Assembly: GCA_043228905.1 (NCBI GenBank)
Contig: JBHGNT010000002.1
Span: 6,572,001-6,636,000, forward strand
DNA from: Azolla caroliniana
Taxonomy: Eukaryota; Plantae; Polypodiophyta
Reading direction: 5' to 3'
DNA length: 64,000 bases
The notes below the pieces were generated by a model, which was not told where the DNA came from, made no database searches, and was given only the letters and a program-made list of their open reading frames with translations. Positions 12,095 through 24,421 of the stretch are shown here, one piece after another; positions within the stretch are counted from its first letter, which is position 1; each line of letters opens with the position of its first letter. The position numbers and the translations under genes were made by a program.

Positions 12095-12894
12095 CTTACG
12101 ATAGAAGATTGTAACTTAGGTAAATAAAGGTAAGAAACCAACAATGTTATGTTGTGAAGCAATTGCTTCATAATATACAAACTAATGGAAATATTATCGC
12201 AAGTGGCATTTGTGAGACTTGAGTCTCGACCCTATAACCTCACATATCAAACACCAAGTATGAATCATTATGAATATATACCATTACATGGTGGATCAAA
12301 TGAGCAATATGGCATATGCATCACACGTAGCACATGTGTCCCAAGTGGTGCACTTGGTGGGCACATGAGTGGTTGCATGGGCTAGGCACATGACGCCTTG
12401 CATGGCCACTCCACAAAACCGTATACGTGGAATGCATAAAATATTATCAAATGACAATTCTAAAACGTAAAATACATGTAGATCACTTTAGAGTTGACGA
12501 CTATAGAAGGAAGGGAAAACAATGAATCACATTAAAGAAAACAATATGTTGTTATTGTTGTAACAAGTTGTAATCAAAGAAGAGTCGTCATTTAATGATT
12601 GTATTGATCATCACTACACAAAAGAACACTTTTGCAAATAATCACCCCGCCCCACCCCAAGTTGCCATTGTAGGGTTTGCGGTCTTATTGTAACCCTAGC
12701 TTCCACACCCTAGCTTAACATCAAGCCTAGGATCCACACCCCATTTTTCATTGTTCCCTATCTACACGTGTCACACATACACATTGTCCATGTCCTTCCC
12801 CCAAAATTTTAAAGTTCTCCTATTCCACAACGTTTATATACCCTAGCCCTCATTTCTCAAGTCCTTCCCCACGTTAACACTTACATCTTACAAC

Positions 12895-12928
<34 letters not shown>

Positions 12929-13598
12929 ACCATCTACAAAACATGTACAAACTTTAAATGCATACCCATGCATACATTCATACATCTATATACCATTTAA
13001 ACACATACGTGTATAATTTACACACGTACACTTACACTATCACAACCACACATTTAGTCATACTTCTACACAACATACCCTTACGTGCACACTTTCATGC
13101 ATAAAAGCATACAAACACACATTGGCACCTTCTTGGACACGTTTACCATCACATGCACTAGTTTTTACTATATAAATACACACAAAGTCATAGGTTTATG
13201 TGTACTTATGCACATTTGCACACATATCTACATGAGAATGACACGAAAATGGGGCATTCATGGGAGGAAAACTACCAAAGCATACCCCGATTTAAAGGGA
13301 ACGATGCTAATGAGGTTGACAAAGATGATGACAACAATGAGATTGGTTGCTTGTCTCTCTTTTCCCAGTGATACTCTCAAATGGGTAGATGAGCTAGTTG
13401 CGGTACTTATGCAGGTCATGTGCCATGCACGTCACATCATTATCTTCATATATAATCTTGCGTCGTGGACTCGTTGTTGACAATCCAATCCTAGACTTCT
13501 TGAACGGTTTAAGTAATTCAATAAGCGACAGATGAAGAAGAGCAAGTTAAGTGATGGATGAGGTAGGATAGTGAAGTCTCGGATTGAGATCGTATGCA

Positions 13599-13850
13599 AA
13601 ATGTGGCATTTTGGGGGTTTTGTAAAGCTTGAATGCCGATGGATGGGATGGATTGGGAGGGCATCCGGGGAATTACGGTAAAACCGAAACGCACAAAGTA
13701 GAGACTAATCGCATCGACTCGATTTGCTTTAGAAATATGGCATTTTGGGGATTTCACAAAAGCTTGCTTGAATGTCGATCGGGAGGGCATCTTGGGAATT
13801 TTGATAAAACCGAAGGGCAAGAAAAGCAGATCAATTCGATTTGCTTTTTT
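13599..13850. repeat. Diverged ~120-130-bp tandem duplication upstream of TMEM120
   Basis: AAAT(G/A)TGGCATTTTGGGG...GGGAGGGCATC...AAAACCGAA...TCGATTTGCTTT occurs twice. Confidence 0.7.
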
Positions 13851-14130
13851 GGGCATGCAAGAGGTCCCTCCTCACACGCATTACGAAAAGCTACGGTTGA
13901 GAAAAAGCAGAAAAGCAAACTGATTAAAAATGGGGAAAAAATAAAAAGGGGAAAAACAGACAGAAGCAAAGTGTAAAAATTAAAAGAAAAAAGAAAAAAG
14001 AAAAAAGAAAAAGAAAAATGGCAGCCATGGCGATGGATCTGTGAAGCAGGCGCAGACGCAGACGCAGACGCAGACGAAGGAAGGAAGAAGAAGGTAGAAA
14101 GCTGAATCAAGAAGAAGAAAGAGAAGAAAG

Positions 14131-17100
14131 ATGAAGCTGAAGCAGGAAGTGGAGCAAAATGATGAGAAAGCGTATTATCATGCTGAAAAAGGAGGAGGAG
14201 GAGGAGAAGAAAACGGAGAAGAAGAAGAAGAAGAAGAAGAAGAAGAGAAAGAAGGAGGAGGATTATCAAAGCTTGTTTCTGCCCTTGTTTCTAGGGCTAA
14301 ATCTCTGCAAAGCTCTGGTTCTTTACTCAGCTCTCGCCTACGTGTTGAGGAACATGCCCTTAGCCAGCAGGCCCTTGCTCTCGAGAAGGAGATGAAACTC
14401 CTCCGTTCTGATGTCTTTTCCGCACTCGAGAGAGAACAGATCAGCCATAAACTTGCAGATAAGGCAAATAATTTCTTTGCTGGAAAACAAATTTTATAAT
14501 TGGATGCATTTGTACTCTAGAATTTGTTCGTCAAAGCTCGTAGATAAAGGGAAAACACTTCTTTGCTTGGAAAAAATGGCATGCAGTTGGATATACTTGA
14601 ACTCTCGGGTTTGTAGATGAGAATTTCTTCAATTGAAAAAAACTGTATATTCTTGGGTTGATTTAGACTGCAAGATTTTGGTCCCAAAATCTTGCAGGAC
14701 CAAAATCTTGCAGTCCATGGAACAATTAACCTGGCTTTAAAAAGGCATAAAATTGGTGGTGTTAGGACTACAGAATTTGGTGATGAAAACTTGGAGATAA
14801 GGAAAAACATTGCTTTGCTTCAAAAAAGTGGTCTACATTTGAATGTATTTCGACGCTAGAACTTGTTCATGAAAACTCGAAGATAAGGGAAAAAATTTCT
14901 AGGTTTAGTAAAAAATGAAATACAATTGGATGTATTTGATCTCCAGAATTTGTTCTTGAAAACTCGCAGATAAGGGAAACAAATGTTTGCGTGACAGAAA
15001 ACGTATGCAATTAGATGCATGCGAACTCTAGAATTTGGATATCAAAACTTGGAGTTAAAAGTTTCATCGCTTAAAACAAATAGCAAATAACTGGATCTAT
15101 TTGGACTGTTGAATTTGGTGTGGAAAGATTGAATCTTCTGTCTTCTTTACATGAAATTTCACAGGTAAGGTAAACATTATTGTTTGAATATTTGACATGG
15201 ACTGGATGTATATGATCTTTGAATTTGGTGTGGAAAGGTGGAAATGCTTGTCATCTTTACACAAAAGTCAGATATAATATAAATGCCTGAATGAAAAAAA
15301 ATGTCCTAATTCAAAAGTAAGTGTGTCGAATTTGGGTAGAAGTATTAAGAGTTCTCAGTGAAATCAAGTTTCTTTACATGATGATAATTGTATTTTGATG
15401 CTTAAGAATTTTGAAACGTGTAAAGTTCTGAATATGCTTCAATGTTTGTTTGCGAAGGAAAGATGAGATTCTAGTTCAATTTTCCTATTCTTTATCTTGC
15501 ATCACGATGGTTGTGAAAGATGGCTTTTTTGTGGAATGCATACCTATGAAGACCGTGGATGTAAAAAGTTCTTAAATTTGCTTTATTCTAGGATGATGCC
15601 TTTTCATTTACACTAAAGCAGCACAGTTTATATTGTTCATCTCTTCCGTCATGTGTAGTTGGAAGAAGATATTGCTCGAGCACATTGGATGATCTATGAG
15701 GGTGATGTAGGAGCACTTCTTCCTCATAAATATAATGGTGAATACTTGTTGCATTTTTTTATATGGCAGTGACACAATCTTTGTTAGCAAGCTGACTTTA
15801 CTTTGCAAAATTACTTAAAGGTATTTGGTGTCCTCATCTTTTCAGGTTTTTTCCTTAGGATGCTTCTTGGACCTGTAAATGTCAAGGCAACTCGAAATGA
15901 TGTTCGTTTCAAAGTGAAAGAGGAATATAATGCTTATAGGGTATGTTGCTATATTTGGGATATCAAGATGCTAGTTATAAAATATCCAGTAATATGTGTG
16001 TGTGACTGAGAGAGATGATGTATTAGTATCCAGGGGAAGCAACATAGCCCATGGGACCAAGAATCATTACAAAGCAGTCTCCCCACCAGGTGGGGTATTT
16101 ACAAAATAGTAGAATGAAGAGAAAAAGGAAAAGCTGAAATGTAGAATTAAGGCTGTCACTAGTGTTGTCTGACAATGATTCTGCTCTTGATAGGAGTTCT
16201 TGAAAGCTAGTACAACCATGTATAAATTCTTGAAAGTCATGCTCAATGTCCTCATTACGTGAGGCATTTTAAAGAGTCACGTGCTTCTGTTTTACATAGG
16301 TGACAATCCCTAGTTCCTATTTCTGCTTAATATTTTACCAACCCCTAGTTTCTTTTTCTGCTCAATATTCAGACAACCCCAGTTCTATTTTAAGTATGTG
16401 TGAGTGTGTTTGTATTCTCCTCTTCCGTTGGATGTGAGGTTCGGTATTGGCCAACTGTCTTCGGTAATTTCCCAATACTGAGTATTAATGTGGCTGAAGT
16501 AGCATGCAAACTTAGATTTAGGTTGGGCTGTTCTCTATTTCATGTGGAGGGATTCCTATGTGGAGTAAAACATGCACTCATGTTCTTCTGTCCCTTTCTT
16601 TTTCTGTATGTGCACATTGAAAATATTCTTCAACATGCAATCTTGCCAGCCATTTCCAAAGTGTCTTGGCAAACTTGGGGAGACTGTCATGGATATTGTA
16701 GTTTTAATCTATATTGCAAATCAGGAATCTATTACATCCTCTCATGGCCGTGGATGTGGATGTTACAGGAGCACTCAAAGGAAGAAATATTGATCAATGA
16801 AATGCATATGTCTATTGAAATTTTCAGATGGAGATTAAATCCCAACTTGAAACAAGATAGTAAAGAGTGCTAGAAGGTGCTATAACATTCAGAAAACCCC
16901 AGTTATAGCACGTGAAGCATGTGATGTGAAATTTGACTTCTATAGAGGGACGAAAGAAGGAATCTATTCCATCATTTCCTAGAAACGTAAGTTACCCTAT
17001 GGTTTCCTAATTATCAATTGTCATTCAGGAGTTTGTTTCATTGCCGCATGCTGGAAAATGCTGCATGCAGCTTAGGTGAAGAATATATCTTCTTCATAAG

Positions 17101-20100
17101 AGCTGGTTTTTTATTTGTAGAGTGTGCATCTGTATCTGCTCGTTGCAAACTTTATTTATTTGTAGATGTAGATAAAACACAGTTAATTTTATTGAGTTTG
17201 GCCCATCTTATAAAGCCTGTTCTTACACCAACTATCCCCTTGAATCAACGTTGTTCGACTTAGTCATGTGCTAAACCTGATTAAACATTTTGTGTGATGT
17301 CTTCTCATCATAGCCACCTTTCCCTTCAGAGATTTTCTCAAAAACTTCACTTACAATTGAATACTTGACTTTCTGTTTAATGATGAGCTGTTTGGTTTGG
17401 TTGTGAGCTATGTCATGTACATAGCTCACAACCATCTAGACGACAGCCCTGTCACCCTTGTCATTGGCAAATAAAGGCCATTAACCAAAGGTGCTTTCCT
17501 GCTTCGGAGATATCTCCATCTTGGAGTGGGCCATTTTGGAATTTTTTTGAAGTCAGTTTCAGTCTATTTTAAGTTCAAATCTTATGTGCTTAGATAACTA
17601 GCTTCTTTAGTACACTATTTATTTTTCATTTGCTCTTAGAGATGAGACTAACATTGTAAGGTATAATCTCTTGTTTTGTCTTACAGGCCAGTTTTCCCTC
17701 TTAAAAGATGTTATTATAGCTTTCTTTCTTTCTTGATCCAAGAAACCTCTCCAGTCGAGGAATTTCGCTCGCTTTAGCTTCCTTTTTTTATTGAACCTTA
17801 TGTGAATTATTGCTTATGCTTGTGGTTCAATCGAATAACCCCTTTATTCGACTGTTGATCATGATCCACCATTCTGACCTACTATTTGTCTTCTATTCTA
17901 GCATTGTCTTGAATTGGATAATCCATAGCTGTGATCTGAACTTTGTAATTAGAACAAGGCAATATCCTGATCAAGGACTAGTATCCAATGGTTTTGGGAG
18001 CCCCAAAAGCAAAGATACTGAAGATTACCACTTATGCCATCAAAACGGCTGACTGAAGATTACCACTTATGTCATCAAAACAGCTGGTTGAACATGGAGA
18101 TAATCATTGTTGGTATGCTGAAATGCAAGAATGGTTCCAATCACATGTCATAGCTATAAATGCATATCTACTCCAATATAGCTTGGATTGCCCACACTTG
18201 GACATGACCAAAGTGGAAAAGAATAGAGTGATCTGAATTGATATCATTAAATTGGATAGTAAAAGAACATGGATCAGCCCCACACCATCTCTTGGTAGGA
18301 AGATGGCCCACCATAAGGCACTCGGTTTACACACGTCACATAGATTTATCAAGGCTTCTTATATAGATAGAGATCTGTCTCATATCCTCAGTGTGATAGG
18401 GTAGCTCAGAACCACTTCAAACATTGTCGATAAGAGATGGAAAGTTTCAAACCCTAAACCCATGCCCACTTTCACATAAGAGATGGAAAGTTTTCATTAC
18501 CATCATCAATAACCCAAAAAAAATTGTGTTTGCCATTTTGTTGTTTTTCCTGAAATAAGAGGGAGATATGCTGCCTCTTGAAACAAGGCTCTGCCCCACT
18601 ATGCAAGGTAATGGAATACAAAGACCAATGTGTGGGATTGTTCTTGCAAGAACTTAAAAGAGTCAAAGAGCTTGAAAGACAACAGTACACCACAGCTTAT
18701 CAACAAAAATCCATCAGAACTCCCTTTAGCTCCATCTCTCCTCATGCAACAAGTCAATCAAGGGCTACAAAAATAGCGTCCTCATTAAAAAACTTGAAAG
18801 GGGTTACAATAGATTGGGCAATAACAATTTGTTGTGCATGTAGGCTACACCCATCTAAACCACGCCACTGCTAACCTTATTATTAATAGCACAAAAGATG
18901 TTTCCTTCTAGGTAAAGAACTCTCCATGTTGAAGTTCTTTTGAAAGCACAAGTTTCAGCCCATCTAAGTTTAGAATGTTAAATGCTTAGGTTGCAAGATT
19001 CTCCGGTACCTTATGTCTGTACTATTAGTTTAATTATCTTTAATTTGGTCTGTCTTCCTCAGAGACCGATATTTTAAGATACAATCTCCGATTTGGTTTT
19101 ATAGGGTATTTTTGCCTCCTATGATACATTGATATCTCTCTCTTTCTAAACGTCTTTTGAAGATAGTGAAGGGGAAAGTATTTTCTTTTGGAAATGCATG
19201 CTCAAATCCCCTTTCTCTCTCCTCTATCAATCTCCACTTTATTCAGCTGCTTTACTACTACTGATTTACTAGCTAAGATGACTATCTTCTTTGAGCATCA
19301 AGATGCGTTTATGGATGACCTTACAGGTCCTTAACCCATATTTTAATTTTAATTTCAATCTTCCGAATACTTTGATGTTGCATTTCCCCATTTCTTAGGG
19401 CATTGAAACATATTTCTGCCATTTCCAAAACTTTTGGCGACTATGGGTACAATATTGATGGTTATTGACGATCAAAGATGCATGATGCATGAATACCTTA
19501 GGTAGGATGTTGTATGATACTACATTGCACAAACTTCTGTCTTATGAACTAGAATCTGTCTCAAATTTTCAAGCTATTGGTGTTTTTGTCCTTTAACAAG
19601 ATTGTTGTGTACATCATTTTAAAGCTGTCTTAATGGTTTGAGTAATTATGGACCTCATATTCAGGATAGGACTTCATTCTTATACCTCCTCTTTCCATCA
19701 ATCCTACTCTTGTTAAAGAATTGGCTGTGGGAAGGATGCTTTCCTGCGTTACCTGTTCAAGCTTATGAGGTGTTTTCCGATAAACTTTTATGTTGCACAA
19801 CTTAATTAACTTATATATTGATGTTTTATTTTTCCATCTTATGAAAGCTTATTGCTATCAGGCATGGTTATTATTCTTCTATACAAGTCTTGCATTGCGG
19901 GAGAATATTCTTAGAATTAATGGCAGTGACATACGTCCATGGTAATGGCAAAAAATGCATCTTCTCCTCATTTACTTTCTTCAAGATCTAATTAATCACG
20001 ATTCATTCATTTTGTAGAGTATTTACGAATATCATATTGATGCTTCAATTCAGGATATTTTTATTCTCTTTTTCATTAACAATCCAAGCTGAGATGCATT

Positions 20101-21936
20101 CTGAACTAATGTGGATTGCTTATGGCATTTGAGGTGGGTGTACCATCATTATTGTGCTATGCTAATGGCTGTCGTTGCTCTTACATGGGACATCAAAGGA
20201 TATTATCCACATTGCCAACAAAAGCAGGTCAACTCTTGAAAAATATTGTTCTGTTATTATTTTTGTTACTTTTTTGTCATATGTTGATTGATTTGTTTAT
20301 TTAATTGGGTAAATTTGGACAGGATGGGATCCAGTTTTTCTTGATATGGGCAGTTGTGCAAGGTGTGGCCATGTTGCTTCAAAATAGATATCAAAGGCAA
20401 CGGTTATATACTCGGATTGCACTTGGGAAGGTATTTTTCATATTATTCTTTTTTGAGATTACCTATCCTTTATATTTTCCATATTCAGATTTATATGAGA
20501 ATCTGAATAGCATAAAACTCTTGAATGAATGTTGACATCCTCACCATGCTTCTATAATTATGACTATTCTCATCCTCACCGTGCTTCTATAATTATGATG
20601 ATTTATAAACATGAATAGAATCTGCAGCTTGCTTAAGAAGATCGAAGGCCATTGATTATGTCCAACTTCATCAATATTCAACAAGAAACCTCACGAGGCC
20701 TAGTAATTTTAAGATTATGATGATGGGGAAGATCAAGTCCCCAACTTTACCCATGGCTCATGATTGAGGCCTTCAATAGCACTGATAAATGGATGAAATA
20801 GGAATCTCAAAAGATAAAAAACTGTTGGTATGAAAAACCATTGTTATTGCATATGACATGGTCTCAAGAAATTGTTTGTTGAGAATAATCTTTTGAAGAG
20901 CATTCTGTTATTGATGCTCAATATTATACAAGAAAACTGGTTAGCAAATCAGCTCTTTACACGGGAGAATGTTGTCGAGGTTATTCATTTGATGGGATTT
21001 GATTTTTCATGACCATCCAGCCAACATCTGGGATATTCACAGCCAAGTAAACACATTATGTATTAAAAAACCATGTGATTATGCATTCGTGATTCATGCT
21101 TGATTTCTTTGAAGCAATCTATGCCAATTGATAGTCTTCTTTCTTGTGGAAGAAGTCCCGATAGACTTTTTTCTTCTACAAAGTTTCTCTACAACCCTGG
21201 GTTCTAGGTTCTATTCAAAACTTGTTTGTGTGAGGCTGTCTAAGATAACCGAAGAAATTAATTCTCAATGTTAAAAGATACAGTACATCAAAAGAACTAA
21301 TGTCTAGATACCCTAAATGCAATAAGCTAGTTTCTGCCATTGATGTGCAATGTGAAAAGACATTTTACCTACAACAGATGTTCAGCTTACTACTTGTTTG
21401 TGCTTTTTGCTGTTCAACCTTAAAAAGTCTTCTTATGGATGGGTGCCATTGATCTCAGGCAGGACGAATGGACGTTGTATGGGGTGAAACTGCAGGTGTT
21501 ATCGGTCAACTATGGCTACTATACCCTCTTCTCTTCTTACTCCAGGTAATATTTATGAATCTCGCCACATCTTAGTGTTTCTTTCAACAACTCTTTGATT
21601 ATAATCTGGTAAATTTTCAACATTGCTTTAGGACATTACTTTTTCTTATTCAGGTTTGTCAAGGTTGCCTCGGGTTCCTTCTACTCCTATCTGCTTATTC
21701 AAAGAACTCAGAATGGCAGGTTATTGTTATTGCTTATTTTCTTACCTCCTAATCAAGATTTCCAATAAGATTTGAGATGCGTTTGTCTTTTTCTCTTACA
21801 GGTAATAGCATGTGGCATTTTGTTGCTTATCATGGCATTAGGCAATTTTGCAAACACTTTGGAGACCTTGTTTGCTAAAAGAAGAATCAAGACAAAGAAA
21901 ACATCAGTTCAGAAAGAACCATCAAAGAACCTCTAG
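14131..21936 (+). CDS. TMEM120: Transmembrane protein 120 (TMPIT/TACAN family) homolog, 10 exons
   Basis: Exons 14131-14463, 15659-15737, 15846-15940, 19665-19769, 19862-19941, 20134-20227, 20323-20430, 21459-21545, 21654-21719, 21802-21936 join in frame. Family motifs: KVKEEYNAYRDRT, LRENILRINGSDIRPWWVYHHYCAM, QGVAMLLQNRYQRQRLYTRIALGK, RMDVVWGETAGV, GNFANTLETL. Confidence 0.93.
14449..15260 (+). repeat. Degenerate ~85-bp minisatellite starting at the TMEM120 exon 1 donor site
   Basis: AAACT(T/C)G(C/G/A)AGATAAGG...A(A/C)TTGGAT(G/A)(C/T)ATTTG...AGAATTTG units at ~14449, 14533, 14787, 14873, 14960 and 15045. Confidence 0.7.
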
Positions 21937-22869
21937 CTCAATAATATATTGAGCAAATTTTTATGCCTCTATTTTTTTATAGCTGGTTGGGAGGGGGGGG
22001 GGCAGAGGTTAGTATCAATTTTGAGTAGGAAAAACCTTTAGTAGCGAGCGAGAATGACTTTACATAAGGATTCTTCAACAATATGCCCATGTAATACCTT
22101 GCTATCAAGAAAGAATGTGGCCATTTGAGCTAGGCCCTATGGTCTCTCAATTGTTTTCTGTTGGGCCTCCACAAAGCGCATACTTGACTAAATGCTGCTC
22201 AACTTGTATCTCTATAGAGCTGTTATATTGGAAGTGCAATGTTTCCATAAGTAGTCTCTCAATGAGAATGTCACATATAATCATGATTTGAACCTTGATA
22301 GACAGCCATATAAAGGGTCTTCACAAAGTTGTAGGCTAAATAAATTCCTTCTCACAACAGAAAAACATTGTTTGAAACTTGAGCCAGGGCAAACATATTA
22401 TGATCTAATTTTAAAAGTAACATCTACAAGTTTGCTTAGATACGGGCAATATTAAAATGAAATAAAAGGCGTGACTCCAACTTCAAATTCACTTCCATTT
22501 TCTTTATCCCACTCATAATATGTCTACAATAGTTTATTTATCATGACAAAAGTATGAGTTTATTGCAATATGTTTACAAGTTTTTGTTTATTATGACACT
22601 AGCATATTGAGGATACAAAATATAATCATGTTACCTCCATCTCTTTATTAATACCTTGCTTCTTCCTTCATTGCAATGAAAACATGTGTCAAGTTTGAAA
22701 TCAATATACAATGATTTGATTACATTGATCGTTGTTCCACACAATGTTTGCATTGAGTTGTGCTTATTGCTTGGAAGACTTAATCCACTTTAGTTTTGTA
22801 CTAAGTAGAACAATTTTCAAGACAAGTGAATTTGAGATACATTTTGCCTAGTGAGTTGTCACTTTGTAA

Positions 22870-22901
<32 letters not shown>

Positions 22902-23627
22902 AAATGTGCATTGCATAGTTGTATTGTGTACATAAAAGAACACCTTGAAGATATCATGAGATCAGAGTTGAGAGGATAATCATGCACAAGGCTTAGAGGT
23001 TGCATGTATGAATTTGTCTTAGAAGAGAAGCAATAGTTCCATGAGACCATAGTTTATATTAGGCTAATTTATTTATGATTGATCTATCATATATTAGGGT
23101 TTGACATACAAGAGATGAATAGATAGGTGTTATGGAGTAGGGAAAGGTGATGCTGTTTTCTTTTCCCACAAGAGCAGGAAGGTCGCAATGGCAGAGCGAG
23201 AAAGAAAGGTGATATTGGATAGGATCGATGGCCAATTGTGTCTTCAGCTTGTGCAATTGGCAAATAGATAGGAGGGTGACACAACCCCCCCCCCCCAAAA
23301 AAAAACAAAAACAAAAACAAAACAAAACAAGCCCTACCAAAAAAACTTCAAGCATGCGCCAAGTTTCCGGTGGTTCGGGCAAACAAACAGAGAGCTCGAA
23401 AGCCAGGAGGAGCACACCACGATTCTTGCTCGAGGATGGACTATCATCCCGCGAGATAAGAAGATGATGATGTTAAAAGAACCACAAACCCTCCTCTCCC
23501 ACAAAGGTTTTAGTATGTATGTATCCATATATATGTATGTATGTGGAAATATTCTTCTGTTGCATTTTTCTTTCATTCTGGCTTCACATTTTTCTCATTC
23601 CATTTGGATTTGGTTGGCCCATGCCCA

Positions 23628-23802
23628 TGCACATACATACATACATCCATCCATCCATCCATCCATACATACATACATACATACATACATACATACATAG
23701 ATACATACATAGATACATAGATACATAGATAAATAGATACATACATACATACATGATACATAGATAGATAGATAGATACATACATACATACATACATGAT
23801 AC

Positions 23803-23845
<43 letters not shown>

Positions 23846-23990
23846 CATACATACATACATACATACATACATACATACATACATACATACATACATACAT
23901 ACATACAATGATACATAGATACATAGATACATGATACATAGATACATACATACAATGATACATAGATACATACATACATATGGATGCATG

Positions 23991-24041
<51 letters not shown>
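23628..24041. repeat. Compound microsatellite (ACAT)n/(CCAT)n/(AGAT)n/(TC)n upstream of PDAT
   Basis: Directly visible ~400-bp simple-sequence tract. Confidence 0.97.
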
Positions 24042-24047
<6 letters not shown>

Positions 24048-24421
24048 TGAACACACACCCTCCCCCACTTCTCTTATTCCTTCTCCTTCTCCTGCTTTGA
24101 TTCTGCTTCTTCTTCTTCTTCTTCTCTCTTCCTTTGATTCTTCTTCATTTTCCATTGATTCTTCTTCATTTTCCATTGGTCCTTCTTCTCTCTTCCTTTG
24201 ATCCTTCTTCTTCTTCTTCTTCTTCTCTTTCCATTGTTTCTTCTTCTTCCATTGATTGATTGATTGATTGATTGATTAATTCATGTTCATCTTCTCCCAT
24301 TGATTCTTCTTCTTCTTCCGTTGTTGATTCTTCTTCTCTCGTAATCTTTCTGCTCCTCCTCCTCCTCTTCATATCCTTTGTTCTTTCCTTTTATCTACTT
24401 CTGTGCAGGAAAAATCTTACC

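Larger units (their letters stand above)
5366..12620 (+). mobile_element. Older degenerate LTR-like sequence into which the 5791-12094 element inserted
   Basis: PPT-like AGAGGGGGTA precedes TG at 5366. Segments 5375-5660 and 12155-12530 share motifs (AATTGCTTCAT...ACAAA; ATGGCAT..GCATCACA; CTATA.GAAG.AGG). Boundaries are uncertain. Confidence 0.3.

Noticed and set aside
13754-14269. 171-aa hydrophobic minus-strand ORF
   Set aside because: Antisense shadow of the GAA-rich TMEM120 5' region.
16400-18874. Intronic ORFs in TMEM120 intron 3
   Set aside because: No recognisable motifs or splice continuity; lengths are compatible with chance.
23464-24372. Several 60-190 aa ORFs (MYVC/YLSI/ERER repeats)
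   Set aside because: Translations of microsatellites.
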